A stretch of 64,000 nucleotides of DNA from an uncultured cyanobacterium (GTDB lineage: Bacteria > Cyanobacteriota > Cyanobacteriia > Pseudanabaenales > Pseudanabaenaceae): assembly GCA_963703315.1 (NCBI GenBank), contig OY969811.1, forward strand, positions 4,096,001-4,160,000, written 5' to 3'. Of the stretch, positions 9,921-20,489 are shown piece after piece; positions within the stretch are counted from its first letter, which is position 1, and the number at the start of each line of letters is the position of its first letter. The translations under genes were made by a program, and so were the position numbers. A model generated the notes under the pieces. It saw only the letters and a list, made by a program, of their open reading frames with translations, was not told where the DNA came from and did no database searches.

Positions 9921-11360
9921 ATGAGTAACTGCCTTTGTCTTGCTTGCGATCGCTCAAACTCAATAACCACCAAATTCTGCACCCAATGCGGCGCTAAGTT
10001 ACAAATTCAAGAGCGTTATCGGGCTTTGAAGGTAATCGGACAGGGGGGATTTGGTAAAACTTTCTTGGCTCAGGATGAGTCGAAGCCATCACAGCCGCGT
10101 TGTGTGATTAAGCAATTTGCCTTTGAAACGATTAATCCTAATGCGAGTCAAGGGACTTTGGATGTCGCCATCAGGTTGTTTGAGCAGGAGGCAAAGCGTC
10201 TCGATGATTTGGGTAAGCATCCGCAAATTCCTGAACTTCTATCTTTTACAATCCATGAGGGTAAACAGTACCTCATCCAAGAGTTTATCGATGGTGAGAC
10301 TTTGGAGCAGGAGTTAACGCGAGTTGGCGCTTTTAGTGAGCAGCAGGTGCGGGATGTGTTGGTGGAGGTGCTGCAAATCTTAGAGTTTGTGCATGGCAAG
10401 TTGGTAATTCATCGCGATATTTCGCCAGACAATATCATTCGGCGGCGTAGCGATCAAAAGTTGGTGCTGGTAGATTTTGGGGCAGCAAAACACGCAACGG
10501 CGACGTTATTGGCAAAGACGGGGACGGGCATCGGGAAGGCGAGTTATGGCGCTCCTGAGCAAATGTTGGGTAAGTCGGTGTTTCAGAGTGATTTGTTTGG
10601 GTTGGGTGTGACTTGTTTGCATTTGCTCACAAATGTGGAACCGTTTACTCTCTATGACGTTTTGGAAAATGAATATCAATGGCGACAGTTTTTGAATGGG
10701 AAAGTGGTTAGCGATGAGTTTGGGAAGCTATTGGATCGGTTGACTTCTTACAGGGTCAAGGAAAGACCCAATTCGGTTGCGGATGCTTTGCAGGATTTGG
10801 GAATTAAAACCTCATTGGTGAATATTGCATTGCAATCTAAAGTTCCAAATACTAATGCTTTAATTCAAAATTCGAGTAAATCTTCTATTAGTCTAATATC
10901 TGCTAAAGGCATTGACTATCATGAATTAGAGAAATTGTTGATAGCAAATGAATGGCGTAAAGCAGATGAACTAACATCTAGATTATTACTGCAAGCGATA
11001 GGACGTGTAAAAAAACGACTTCTCAATATCGAAGATATTAAAAATTTTCCTCGTGAAGATTTTCATACCATTGATCAGTTATGGTTGCATTACAGCAATG
11101 GCAAATTTGGGTTTAGTGTTCAGATTGGTCTATGGCTGCGATGTGGTGGTCAAGTTGATCGATATGATTATGAAGTTTGGCAAAAATTTGCATCAAAAGT
11201 TGGCTGGTATAATTCACAAAATTCAACTTGGAGGACGTATTCTCAATTTATGCGATCCACTAAAAATGCCCAAAATGCTTGTTTAGCCAGCCTTCCCTGT
11301 ATATACACAGTTTTAGGTTTAAAAGGAAGAAATTGCCTGTTTTCTCGGAAAGACCTGTAA
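9921..11360 (+). CDS. Ser/Thr protein kinase with N-terminal Zn ribbon and C-terminal GUN4-like domain
   Basis: GQGGFG, VIK, HRDISPDN, DFG, APE. C-terminal IDQLWLHYSNGKFGFSVQ is GUN4-like. Confidence 0.9.
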   Translation: MSNCLCLACDRSNSITTKFCTQCGAKLQIQERYRALKVIGQGGFGKTFLAQDESKPSQPRCVIKQFAFETINPNASQGTLDVAIRLFEQEAKRLDDLGKHPQIPELLSFTIHEGKQYLIQEFIDGETLEQELTRVGAFSEQQVRDVLVEVLQILEFVHGKLVIHRDISPDNIIRRRSDQKLVLVDFGAAKHATATLLAKTGTGIGKASYGAPEQMLGKSVFQSDLFGLGVTCLHLLTNVEPFTLYDVLENEYQWRQFLNGKVVSDEFGKLLDRLTSYRVKERPNSVADALQDLGIKTSLVNIALQSKVPNTNALIQNSSKSSISLISAKGIDYHELEKLLIANEWRKADELTSRLLLQAIGRVKKRLLNIEDIKNFPREDFHTIDQLWLHYSNGKFGFSVQIGLWLRCGGQVDRYDYEVWQKFASKVGWYNSQNSTWRTYSQFMRSTKNAQNACLASLPCIYTVLGLKGRNCLFSRKDL

Positions 11361-11380
11361 AAAATTCAATAATATCTGTC

Positions 11381-11621
11381 GTAGGGGCAGAGCATTACCG
11401 CCACAATTTATGAATTCTGCAATCATCTCAAATTGGGAATGCTCTGCCCTTAACCTCCAACATTCACCGAAAATCCCGAAAATCCCTAAGCGATCGCCAT
11501 TCACCGAAAATCTCTAAACCGCAGAGATAAGCGATCTATAAAAGCAAAGAGGGTAGAGCATTTGCGAATGCAGATTGTAGTGGAGAGTTGCGAGATAGTG
11601 GCGCAAATGCTCTACCCCTAC
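11381..11621. repeat. Composite GTAG-type REP/BIME-like element (copy 1)
   Basis: GTAGGGGCAGAGCATT..AATGCTCTGCCC hairpin plus GGGTAGAGCATTTGCG..CGCAAATGCTCTACCCCTAC hairpin. The same architecture occurs at 58375-58555. Confidence 0.75.
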
Positions 11622-11667
11622 AAATATTTTTCTTTTTACCTTTTCCTTGAAATGCAAAATTTTAAAA

Positions 11668-11766
11668 ATGAAGCTGACTCCATACTTTGAAAGAATAGTT
11701 CTCAACAAACGTTTAGAGATTAATCTAGATTGGTGCGATCTAGAAAGAGAAGGAAGACAAATATGA
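11668..11766 (+). pseudogene. Truncated toxin-like ORF upstream of DUF2283 gene
   Basis: MKLTPYFERIVLNKRLEINLDWCDLEREGRQI* overlaps the next gene by ATGA. It is much shorter than usual DUF2283 partners. Confidence 0.5.
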
Positions 11767-11981
11767 AAATCCATTACTTTGCAGATACAGATACACTCTT
11801 TATTGAACTTAGCGATCGCCCTAGTGTTAGAACTGAAGAAATTAATGAACTAGTAACCGTAGACTTTGACATAGAGGAAAAATTAGTGGGAATTACCATT
11901 GAGTCAGCACGAAATCAAGTTGATCTCAATTCAATTAATATTTTGACCAACCTAGAACTTAAAACACTGCAACCTGCTTAA
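11763..11981 (+). CDS. DUF2283 domain protein (putative antitoxin)
   Basis: MKIHYFADTDTLFIEL...VDFD..KLVGITIE matches the DUF2283 pattern. Confidence 0.85.
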   Translation: MKIHYFADTDTLFIELSDRPSVRTEEINELVTVDFDIEEKLVGITIESARNQVDLNSINILTNLELKTLQPA

Positions 11982-12007
11982 AACGCTCTATTGGCAGAAG
12001 AATAACC

Positions 12008-12046
12008 ATGAAAGTTAAATACGATGCAGAAGCAGATATTCTCATT
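12008..12046 (+). pseudogene. 5' fragment of a second DUF2283 gene
   Basis: MKVKYDAEADILI, then runs into the chlP terminator hairpin. Confidence 0.55.
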
Positions 12047-12108
12047 AAAAAAAGACTGGTGCAGCGAGTAAATCTCACCGCACCAGTCTTTAGCTTTCTA
12101 GTCTTTTG

Positions 12109-13329
12109 TTAAGGCGCTAGAGCATTGCCTCTGAGCAAGCTACCGATCGTCTTAAAGGTAATCTTCAACTGAGTCAAAGGATTCGCTGGCACAACGGTTT
12201 TGTAGAGATAGCTATCAAAGGTCAGCTTCTGCACATCCTTGTCCGCGCACATTTCTACGAATGCTTCACGAGTAGCATTTGTGGCATAAAACACATTCTG
12301 AAGAATGTCTAAAACCTTGTAGGTCAGTCCATACTGCTTGTCCCAACGCTTGATATATACCTTGAGATCAGCTTCAGTGGGGATACGTTTACCTGCTTCG
12401 GCAAACTCAACGATCGCCTCAGCACACATCCGACCAGATTTCGCCGCAAAGTAAATACCTTCGCCACTGGACTTGGTAACATAGCCTGCTGCATCGCCAA
12501 CGAGGGCAATCCGCCCCACCACGCGGCGAGGACGGGGATGCTCAGGAATGGGGTGAGCTTCGACTTTGATTACTTCACCGCCTTCGATGCGGGGCAACGC
12601 ACGGGCGCGAATACCCGCTTGCAATTGCTTGATCAGGCGTTGGTTTTTGTGCATTGTGCCAGTACCAACGGCAACGTGATCGTATTTAGGGAAAACCCAT
12701 GCGTAGAAATCGGGCGAAACATCATCGCCAACATACATTTCCGCAAGGTCTTTGTAATATTCCATTTTGTCGGGAGAAATGCGAATGCGCTCTTGGAAGG
12801 CGATCGCATAGTTGTAGTCACCTGCATCCATTGCTTTGGCTACTACCGAGTTAGCACCATCAGCACCGATAATGATGTCGATTTCAAGGGTACGCATTAC
12901 ACCCTCGTTACCACCTTCGGCAAAGTCGGAGTAGGTGATCACGTAGGGCTGGTTGCCATTGTTGTTGATTTTGATATCAAGGACGCGACCGTTAATTAGT
13001 TTTGCACCAAGGCTAGCTGCACGATTGCGTAAAAAAGCATCTAAAATTTCGCGGCGACACATACCGATATATTCATCGGGATTGTCTAATTTAATGTCTA
13101 CTTCCACATTGCTGGGAGAGATCATTTTCATATTACGGACGCGGCGATCGATAATTTCAGGAGGCAACTCAAATTCGGAAACCATACATAGAGGAATTGC
13201 TCCACCGCAGGGTTTGGCGTTGTCTAGCTTACGCTCAAATATGTAGGTCTCAATTCCTGCTTTGGCAAGTGTTTCAGCCGCACAAGAACCCGCAGGTCCG
13301 CCGCCTACAACAGCAACTCGTAATGTCAA
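12109..13329 (-). CDS. chlP: Geranylgeranyl reductase
   Basis: GGGPAG, AKPCGGAIP, SPDFYAWVFPK, GDAAGYVTKSSGEGIYFA. Confidence 0.97.
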   Translation of the reverse strand: MTLRVAVVGGGPAGSCAAETLAKAGIETYIFERKLDNAKPCGGAIPLCMVSEFELPPEIIDRRVRNMKMISPSNVEVDIKLDNPDEYIGMCRREILDAFLRNRAASLGAKLINGRVLDIKINNNGNQPYVITYSDFAEGGNEGVMRTLEIDIIIGADGANSVVAKAMDAGDYNYAIAFQERIRISPDKMEYYKDLAEMYVGDDVSPDFYAWVFPKYDHVAVGTGTMHKNQRLIKQLQAGIRARALPRIEGGEVIKVEAHPIPEHPRPRRVVGRIALVGDAAGYVTKSSGEGIYFAAKSGRMCAEAIVEFAEAGKRIPTEADLKVYIKRWDKQYGLTYKVLDILQNVFYATNATREAFVEMCADKDVQKLTFDSYLYKTVVPANPLTQLKITFKTIGSLLRGNALAP

Positions 13330-13678
13330 AATGCGCTCCTAAAGCTTTATTTAATCAAGGTTTAACTTTTTGGATGTTAGCATTGCCTCTAGAGCGATCG
13401 GGGCAAAATTGATGAATATTAACATTTGTATTGTTTTGTGTATTGATAGCGATCGCCCCTAATCCCCAAAAAACTGATTTATTTGTGGTGCGATTTTGCT
13501 TCGTCACAAATAAATCGTTTCTTTATTAAAAGCGCATTTGATTGTATGGTTACTTGCAATTTTACGATTACTATAACCTCCCCCAATCAAGCGCAATACT
13601 TCCATAACGCCTCCAGACTGATGTTACGATTGTCATGGATGCAAACTTTGACGGTTAGTTCTCTCTAATTGAATTTCT

Positions 13679-14701
13679 ATGGCTCGAAAATCCAAAGCCG
13701 CTAATCCTGCTGACTCTTCTAAAAATGAACTTGGACTTTCTGATCTGCGGGTTCGCCTTAACTTTTTGGAAAAGGAAAACGATAAACTAATTAAGCAAAT
13801 TGAGTCTAGTCGTACTAAGTTAAATAAGCTGAACGATAGCATTCAGGAAGTTGGAATTGAACTCACGCAGCGTGTAGCCCCTTTCCGTCAAAAGATCATA
13901 GAACTTGATCAGCAAATTCATCAAGTCTTTAAGGAAATCTTTGCGGGCAGGAAGCTTGGCAAGAAGTCTCGCAAAGATATTGAGTCGGTTTACTATCATC
14001 TCCAAGTTAATGGTTTGCTCAGTCCAAATCCTATTTCCTTTGGTGATGAGATACTAGATGATCCTGAAGAAGAGGATTGGCAAGAGCATCAAAATCATCA
14101 TAAAAAGCAATCTCATCGTGAAGTTTTGGAAGATATTGCCAAGCCCGATCGCGATGAACTTAAAAAGATTCGCCAGCTTTTCTTGCGCTTAGCTGAAAGT
14201 TTTCATCCCGATAAGGTGACAGATGCGGCTGAAAAGGAATATCGGACTGAGATTATGAAGGAAATTAATCTGGCTTATCAAAATGGTGATTTGGCTAGGT
14301 TACTGGCGATCGAAAAGCAGCAAGAATTGGAGGCAGTGATCGATCGCGATAGTTCGGATGATCTGACTCGCCATTGTGCCAAGGTAGAGTCCGAAAATGC
14401 TTTTCTCAAAGAACAATTGGCAACTCTCAAGCAACAATTAAAACTCACGAAAAAGAGTCAACAAGGCGAAATCACTACCGTTTTCAAGAAAATGGCTAAG
14501 TATGGTGGTGATCCGATCAGTGAGGCTTTGCGTGAGGTGGAAGCTCATGTCACGGTGGTTGAACAAGTGCATCGGTTTGTGCTGGACTTCCGCGATCGCC
14601 GCCTCACGATCAAAGAGTTTTTACAAGGTCCTGAAGTTCTAAGACAACAACAAATGTCAGAAGAAGAGTTAATGTTGGAATTTTTATCGCAATTTCAGTA
14701 A
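13679..14701 (+). CDS. Coiled-coil protein with internal J-like domain
   Basis: LFLRLAESFHPDK...MKEINLAY (HPD motif) flanked by coiled coils. Confidence 0.8.
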   Translation: MARKSKAANPADSSKNELGLSDLRVRLNFLEKENDKLIKQIESSRTKLNKLNDSIQEVGIELTQRVAPFRQKIIELDQQIHQVFKEIFAGRKLGKKSRKDIESVYYHLQVNGLLSPNPISFGDEILDDPEEEDWQEHQNHHKKQSHREVLEDIAKPDRDELKKIRQLFLRLAESFHPDKVTDAAEKEYRTEIMKEINLAYQNGDLARLLAIEKQQELEAVIDRDSSDDLTRHCAKVESENAFLKEQLATLKQQLKLTKKSQQGEITTVFKKMAKYGGDPISEALREVEAHVTVVEQVHRFVLDFRDRRLTIKEFLQGPEVLRQQQMSEEELMLEFLSQFQ

Positions 14702-14870
14702 ATTTTGCCTAAAGCTAAAGCCCCAGAGAGAGTGGCGGCGCTTTGCGCCGCCACTCTCTCTGGGGCTTAAACACAAAGTGCTGTCGAACTTACGCAAGAG
14801 TCATCGTGATAATCCAGTAAAAATAGGTTTTGCTTGCGTTAAACTGATTAGCGTCCCTCAACTCGTAGTT

Positions 14871-16997
14871 ATGGCAAGTTTTCTGTTAGAAGTTGGTACT
14901 GAAGAACTACCCGCTAGTTTTATTGTTGATGCTTTGCGCCAATGGCAAGAGCGCATCCCGAAAAATTTAGATGAACACCAACTAACTACGAGCAAAGTCA
15001 GTGTGTATGGTACACCCCGTCGTTTGGCGGTGCTAATCGAAGGTTTACCAAAACAACAGAGCGATCGCAGTTTAGAGCTTAAAGGTCCCGCCGTAGGTTC
15101 TGCCTTTGTAAATGGCGATCCACAGGGTGAGCCGACCAAAGCTTTGTTAGGTTTTGCCAAGTCCAAAGGGATTGACCTCAAGGATATTTTTATTAAGGAA
15201 ACCGATAAGGGTGCGTTTGTATTTGCGAATCAGCAAATTATTGGGCGTGAGACGACTGAAATTTTGCAAGAGCTAGCCCCTACTTGGATTACGGGCTTAG
15301 AAGGTAAACGTTTAATGCGTTGGGGTAACGGAGATCTTAAGTTTCCCCGTCCAATTCGTTGGTTAGTATCTTTATTTGATTCCAAAATTTTGCCGATCGC
15401 TTTAGAAAATGTGCAGAGCGATCGCATTAGTCAAGGACATCGAGTATTACATCCGCGATCGGTGATTATTGACACTGCTAAAGATTATGTTGAAAGTTTG
15501 CGCGAAGCCTTCGTTTTAGTTGATGGCAAAGAACGTCAGGCACATATCCTCACGCAAATGAATAGCATTGTGGAATTGTTTGGTGGTAAAGCCGAGATTC
15601 CTGAAGACTTATTAGAGGAAGTTACTTATTTAGTCGAATTTCCGACGGCTGTGATCGGTGAATTTGAGCGCGAGTTTTTAGACCTGCCTCAGCCCGTAAT
15701 TAAAACCGAGATGGTTAGCCATCAGCGCTATTTCCCCGTACATTCAGCAAAAAATCCTGATCAATTACTCCCCCGTTTCATTACGATTTCCAATGGTGAT
15801 CCCAATAAGTCACGGTTAATTGCATCGGGTAATGGTCGGGTCATTCGAGCGCGTCTCTCCGATGGCAAATTTTTCTACGATAGCGATCGTGCGGTACATC
15901 TCGAAACTTTCTTGCCGCTTTTAGAAAAAGTCACTTTCCAAGCCCAGCTAGGCTCGGTTGCCGAAAAGGTAGAACGCATCAGGGCGATCGCCAAGTTAGT
16001 AGTTAACGCGATCGCCAATTTAAAAGTTACTGAGGCTGAGCAGGTACTCATTGATCGCACAGCGCAACTAGCCAAAGCCGATCTCGTCACCCAGATGGTT
16101 AAGGAGTTCCCCGAACTGCAAGGTCAGATGGGTTATTACTATGCACTCGCTAGTGAAGAACCAGTGACAGTTGCAACGGGCATTCGGGAGCATTATCAAC
16201 CGAAAGGTGCAGGAGATGCCCTACCCATTTCTTTGACGGGCAAAATTGTGGCGATTAGCGATCGCATTGATACGTTAGTTGGCATTTTTGGATTAGGGAT
16301 TATTCCGACAGGTTCTTCTGATCCCTTTGCACTGCGTCGTGCTGCTACGGGAGTTGTGCAGATCGTATGGGAAAGCGGATTTGCTCTCGACTTGCCGAAA
16401 CTATTACAAGCGGCGATCGCCATTTATGCCGAAAAGAATTTACTAACGCAACCTGCGGAAACGGTGCTGGAAAACCTCTATAAATGGTTTAAGCAACGTT
16501 GCGACACGATTTTGTCAGAGCAGGGTGTTGAATACGATCTCGTTGATGCAGTTACAGGTACAGACGATCTCGCCTACACCTTAAAAAGTTTGAGCAATCT
16601 TACCCGCATTAAAGAACGCGCTCATTTCTTGCAACAGTCTCGCGAAAGTGCCACTCTTAGCACTATCTATGAGCCAATTGTTAGGGCTTCGCGTCTTGCG
16701 GTGCAGGGCAATCTCGATAACTCGACCGTTGATGTCAAGTCAGTGATTGATGCTGATGCCATAGCTGAACCTGCGGAACGTGATTTGTATCAGGCGATCG
16801 CGGCATTGCCTAGTCAACCTAGTGATGAGCAGTTAATGGAAGGAATTAAGGCGATCGCGCCAGTTCTAGCTAAATTTTTTGATGATGTGCTAGTGATGGC
16901 AGAAGATCCCCAAGTACGCCAAAATCGACTTAACCTGCTGGGCATTATCCGCAACTACAGCCGTCAGCTAGCTGACTTTAGCTCAATTCTCAAATAA
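14871..16997 (+). CDS. glyS: Glycine--tRNA ligase beta subunit
   Basis: FLLEVGTEELP, TPRRLAV, MRWG..FPRPIRW, EFPELQG, GSSDPFALRR. Start placed at ATG 14871. Confidence 0.96.
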   Translation: MASFLLEVGTEELPASFIVDALRQWQERIPKNLDEHQLTTSKVSVYGTPRRLAVLIEGLPKQQSDRSLELKGPAVGSAFVNGDPQGEPTKALLGFAKSKGIDLKDIFIKETDKGAFVFANQQIIGRETTEILQELAPTWITGLEGKRLMRWGNGDLKFPRPIRWLVSLFDSKILPIALENVQSDRISQGHRVLHPRSVIIDTAKDYVESLREAFVLVDGKERQAHILTQMNSIVELFGGKAEIPEDLLEEVTYLVEFPTAVIGEFEREFLDLPQPVIKTEMVSHQRYFPVHSAKNPDQLLPRFITISNGDPNKSRLIASGNGRVIRARLSDGKFFYDSDRAVHLETFLPLLEKVTFQAQLGSVAEKVERIRAIAKLVVNAIANLKVTEAEQVLIDRTAQLAKADLVTQMVKEFPELQGQMGYYYALASEEPVTVATGIREHYQPKGAGDALPISLTGKIVAISDRIDTLVGIFGLGIIPTGSSDPFALRRAATGVVQIVWESGFALDLPKLLQAAIAIYAEKNLLTQPAETVLENLYKWFKQRCDTILSEQGVEYDLVDAVTGTDDLAYTLKSLSNLTRIKERAHFLQQSRESATLSTIYEPIVRASRLAVQGNLDNSTVDVKSVIDADAIAEPAERDLYQAIAALPSQPSDEQLMEGIKAIAPVLAKFFDDVLVMAEDPQVRQNRLNLLGIIRNYSRQLADFSSILK

Positions 16998-17407
16998 AAA
17001 ATGAGCGCTTAGCACCCTTTTTTAGCATCCCTCATTGATTGAATTTTCATATCAAAAACTAGTCTGTGATTATGACTGTGGATGATATTAAAAAAACTTA
17101 TAAAAAAAATTAAAATACAAACGAAAACTCATCATTTTATGGACTTACTAAAACACCTATAATCCTTGCTAGAAAAGAATTATAGGTGTTTAAAAGGGAT
17201 TAAAAGTGATCGATAACTATCACCTATAACTAATGATAGAAATAAAAAGCTAGTTGTTCGCTAGGATGCCAAGAGCGATATGATTCGTTTTGATACCCTT
17301 GTGGGTGATTGAAATAAACGTAACTTGGCTGAGTGCCTTTACTTGGGTACAACTTCAAGACCTCGTTTATTTTTTTGGCTGCAATCTTTAAGAGGTTTAT
17401 TACATAC

Positions 17408-17707
17408 ATGGCTACCTACAAAGTAAGACTGATTAACGAAGCTGAAGGTCTAGATAAGACTATCGAAGTTCCTTCTGACGAGTACATTCTTGACGTTGCC
17501 GAAGCTCAAGGCATCGATCTTCCTTACTCTTGCCGCGCTGGTGCTTGCTCTTCTTGTGCAGGTAAAATCGTTAAGGGTGAGATTGATCAAGGCGATCAGT
17601 CCTTCTTGGATGACGATCAAATCGAAGCTGGCTACGCACTTCTTTGCGTAACCTATGCTCAGTCTGATTGTGAAATCTTGACCCACCAAGAAGAAGCTCT
17701 CTACTAA
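17408..17707 (+). CDS. petF: Plant-type [2Fe-2S] ferredoxin (copy 1)
   Basis: [33 protein letters not shown]. Confidence 0.95.
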   Translation: MATYKVRLINEAEGLDKTIEVPSDEYILDVAEAQGIDLPYSCRAGACSSCAGKIVKGEIDQGDQSFLDDDQIEAGYALLCVTYAQSDCEILTHQEEALY

Positions 17708-17752
17708 AAGCTTCTCTGTATTAAACAAGTACAAATATTTTAAAAGCTCTGA

Positions 17753-18166
<414 letters not shown>

Positions 18167-18386
18167 GTAGCTTTTCGATATTTGTGGCTTGTGCTGCCCG
18201 CTTAGCGGGTAGCACAAGCTTATAAAAAGCTCTGATCGCTAGCTAATGAGGTTTAGTGATCGGGGCTTTTTTAAAGAACCAGATTTTTTGTGGCGCGGCT
18301 TTGCCGCGCCACAAAAAATCTGGTTCTTTAGTTGTAATTTGATGTTACATTTTTCAAAATCCAAATTGTAAGGGTCAGTACCAATT

Positions 18387-20111
18387 TTGTCGGGCAACGA
18401 AGAAGAAAAGATCGTCATAGAACCTCAAGAATCACCAGCCTCTCAGCAATCGACGAAGCGATCGCTACTGAATATCGCGACGATTGTGGCGATCGCCACG
18501 TTATTGAGCAAAATATTTGGATTACTGCGTCAAGTGGCGATCGCGGCGGCTTTTGGTAACGGTACTGCCTATGGTGCTTACAACTTTGCCTATGTGATCC
18601 CCGGATTTTTATTGATCTTGCTGGGCGGCATTAATGGACCTTTTCATAGCGCGATCGTGAGTGTTTTGGCAAAACGCGATCGCAAAGAAGTTGCTGCCAT
18701 CATCGATAGCATCACTACCATCGTGACAGGGATTTTATTGCTGGTGAGCATTGCGCTGGTAATTTTTGCTGAGCCATTGATGCATCTGGTTGCCCCTGGA
18801 TTATTTATTCCTGAAGCAGATTTACTTGCTAAAGGAATCAACCCTGAAACCATTCAAAATCTGAAGATCACTAAAGATATTGCGATCCAGCAGTTTCAGA
18901 TCATGGCTCCGATGGCAGTCTTAGCAGGACTAGTCGGGATCGGCTTTGGTGCTTTAAATGCTGCCGATGCTTATTGGTTACCCTCGGTCAGTCCCATATT
19001 TTCTAGCTTAACCGTCTTGATTGGCATCGGCGGCTTGTTTTGGACTATGGGCAGCAAAATCTTATTGCCAGAAAATGCCATGCTCGGCGGTGCTGTCCTC
19101 GCATGGTCAACTCTGGCAGGGGCAGTTTTGCAATGGTTAGTGCAGTTGCCTGTACAGATGAAAGCGGGCATGGGTGGATTTAAGCTGCGGTTTGACTTTC
19201 AACGTCCTGAAGTCAAAGAAGTAATGAAAATCATGATTCCTGCGACGTTCTCATCGGGGATGCTGCAAATTAATGTATGGACAGATTTGTTCTTTGCATC
19301 ATTTATCCCCAATGCGGCGGCGGCGGTGTCGGCAATGGGCTATGCAGGATTATTGGTACAAACGCCTTTGGGGATTTTGTCAAATGTGATTTTAGTCCCA
19401 TTGTTTCCTGTGCTGTCTAAGCTCACCGATCCTGAAAATTGGGGTGAATTAAAACAACGAATTCGTCAGGGCTTGATGCTGACAGCTTTAACGATGTTGC
19501 CGATTAGTGCGGTGATGGTGGCGCTAGCTTTGCCGATATCACAGGTAGTTTATGAGCGCTATGCTTTCGATGCCGAAGCTTCACAACTAACTGCTGTTGT
19601 TTTGATGGCTTACTCAGTCGGTATGTTTGTGTATTTAGGACGCGATGTGCTGGTACGGGTGTTTTATGCGCTTGGGGATGGTGACACACCTTTTAAAATC
19701 AGCATTGTTAATATTTTTCTCAATGGATTATTAGATTATTTTCTCGTTCAAAGATTTGGAGCCGCAGGACTAGTTTTAGCAACGGTCTTCGTGAATATGA
19801 TTTCCATGATTGTCATGATCTATATTCTCGATCGCCGTCTTAATGGAATGCCGCTAAAAAGTTGGAGCATCACTATATTGGGTTTAGTCATCGCCAGTGC
19901 GATCGCAGGTGGGGTAAGTTGGGGAAGCTATCACTTGCTTAGTCAGAATTTTGATAGCTTCGGTACATTGGCAAAATTTGGTGCAAAAGTAGGAGGCTTA
20001 GCGATCGCTAGTGGTGTTGGCTTCACTATTTTTGGCGCGATCGCCGTGCAAATGAAAATCCCTGAAATCAAAGCTTTAACCAATCAAATCAAGCGTCGCT
20101 TTGCAAAATAG
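18387..20111 (+). CDS. murJ: Lipid II flippase MurJ/MviN
   Basis: SKIFGLLRQ, GGINGPFHSA and multiple TM segments. The start codon is uncertain (TTG). Confidence 0.92.
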   Translation: MSGNEEEKIVIEPQESPASQQSTKRSLLNIATIVAIATLLSKIFGLLRQVAIAAAFGNGTAYGAYNFAYVIPGFLLILLGGINGPFHSAIVSVLAKRDRKEVAAIIDSITTIVTGILLLVSIALVIFAEPLMHLVAPGLFIPEADLLAKGINPETIQNLKITKDIAIQQFQIMAPMAVLAGLVGIGFGALNAADAYWLPSVSPIFSSLTVLIGIGGLFWTMGSKILLPENAMLGGAVLAWSTLAGAVLQWLVQLPVQMKAGMGGFKLRFDFQRPEVKEVMKIMIPATFSSGMLQINVWTDLFFASFIPNAAAAVSAMGYAGLLVQTPLGILSNVILVPLFPVLSKLTDPENWGELKQRIRQGLMLTALTMLPISAVMVALALPISQVVYERYAFDAEASQLTAVVLMAYSVGMFVYLGRDVLVRVFYALGDGDTPFKISIVNIFLNGLLDYFLVQRFGAAGLVLATVFVNMISMIVMIYILDRRLNGMPLKSWSITILGLVIASAIAGGVSWGSYHLLSQNFDSFGTLAKFGAKVGGLAIASGVGFTIFGAIAVQMKIPEIKALTNQIKRRFAK

Positions 20112-20146
20112 CAAAACAAAAAGGGGCTTCAGCCCCTTTTTGTTTT

Positions 20147-20452
20147 TTAAGTCGCACTGGCAGCATTAATGGCGATCGCATCGGAGATATAACAAACACC
20201 ACCAAATTTTTTAGTAACGGGCTTGAGCTTGTCAACTAAAGCCTTAGTTTTATCTTCCAGAAAGAAAGCAATCACATAGTCATTTTCCAACATACTCATA
20301 TCGAGATCGCCTGAATTAGTACCACTTACGCCCTTGCCAACGACATTGCGAATCACGGTGTAATTCAAAACTCCAACTTTTTCTAAAACCTTAATGATTT
20401 TGTGGGATTCAACAGAATCAGATACAATTTCGATTCTTTTAACAGCTTGCAT
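20147..20452 (-). CDS. sbtB: PII-like SbtB regulator
   Basis: KRIEIV, YTVIRNVVGKG, KFGGVCYISDA. Lies directly downstream of sbtA. Confidence 0.85.
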   Translation of the reverse strand: MQAVKRIEIVSDSVESHKIIKVLEKVGVLNYTVIRNVVGKGVSGTNSGDLDMSMLENDYVIAFFLEDKTKALVDKLKPVTKKFGGVCYISDAIAINAASAT

Positions 20453-20489
20453 GATTTTTTCTACTAAATTCTTACTAAAATTGAATTGT

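Noticed and set aside
18333..18349. NtcA-like palindrome before murJ
   Set aside because: GTA-N9-TAC has the wrong spacing and lies next to a repeat.
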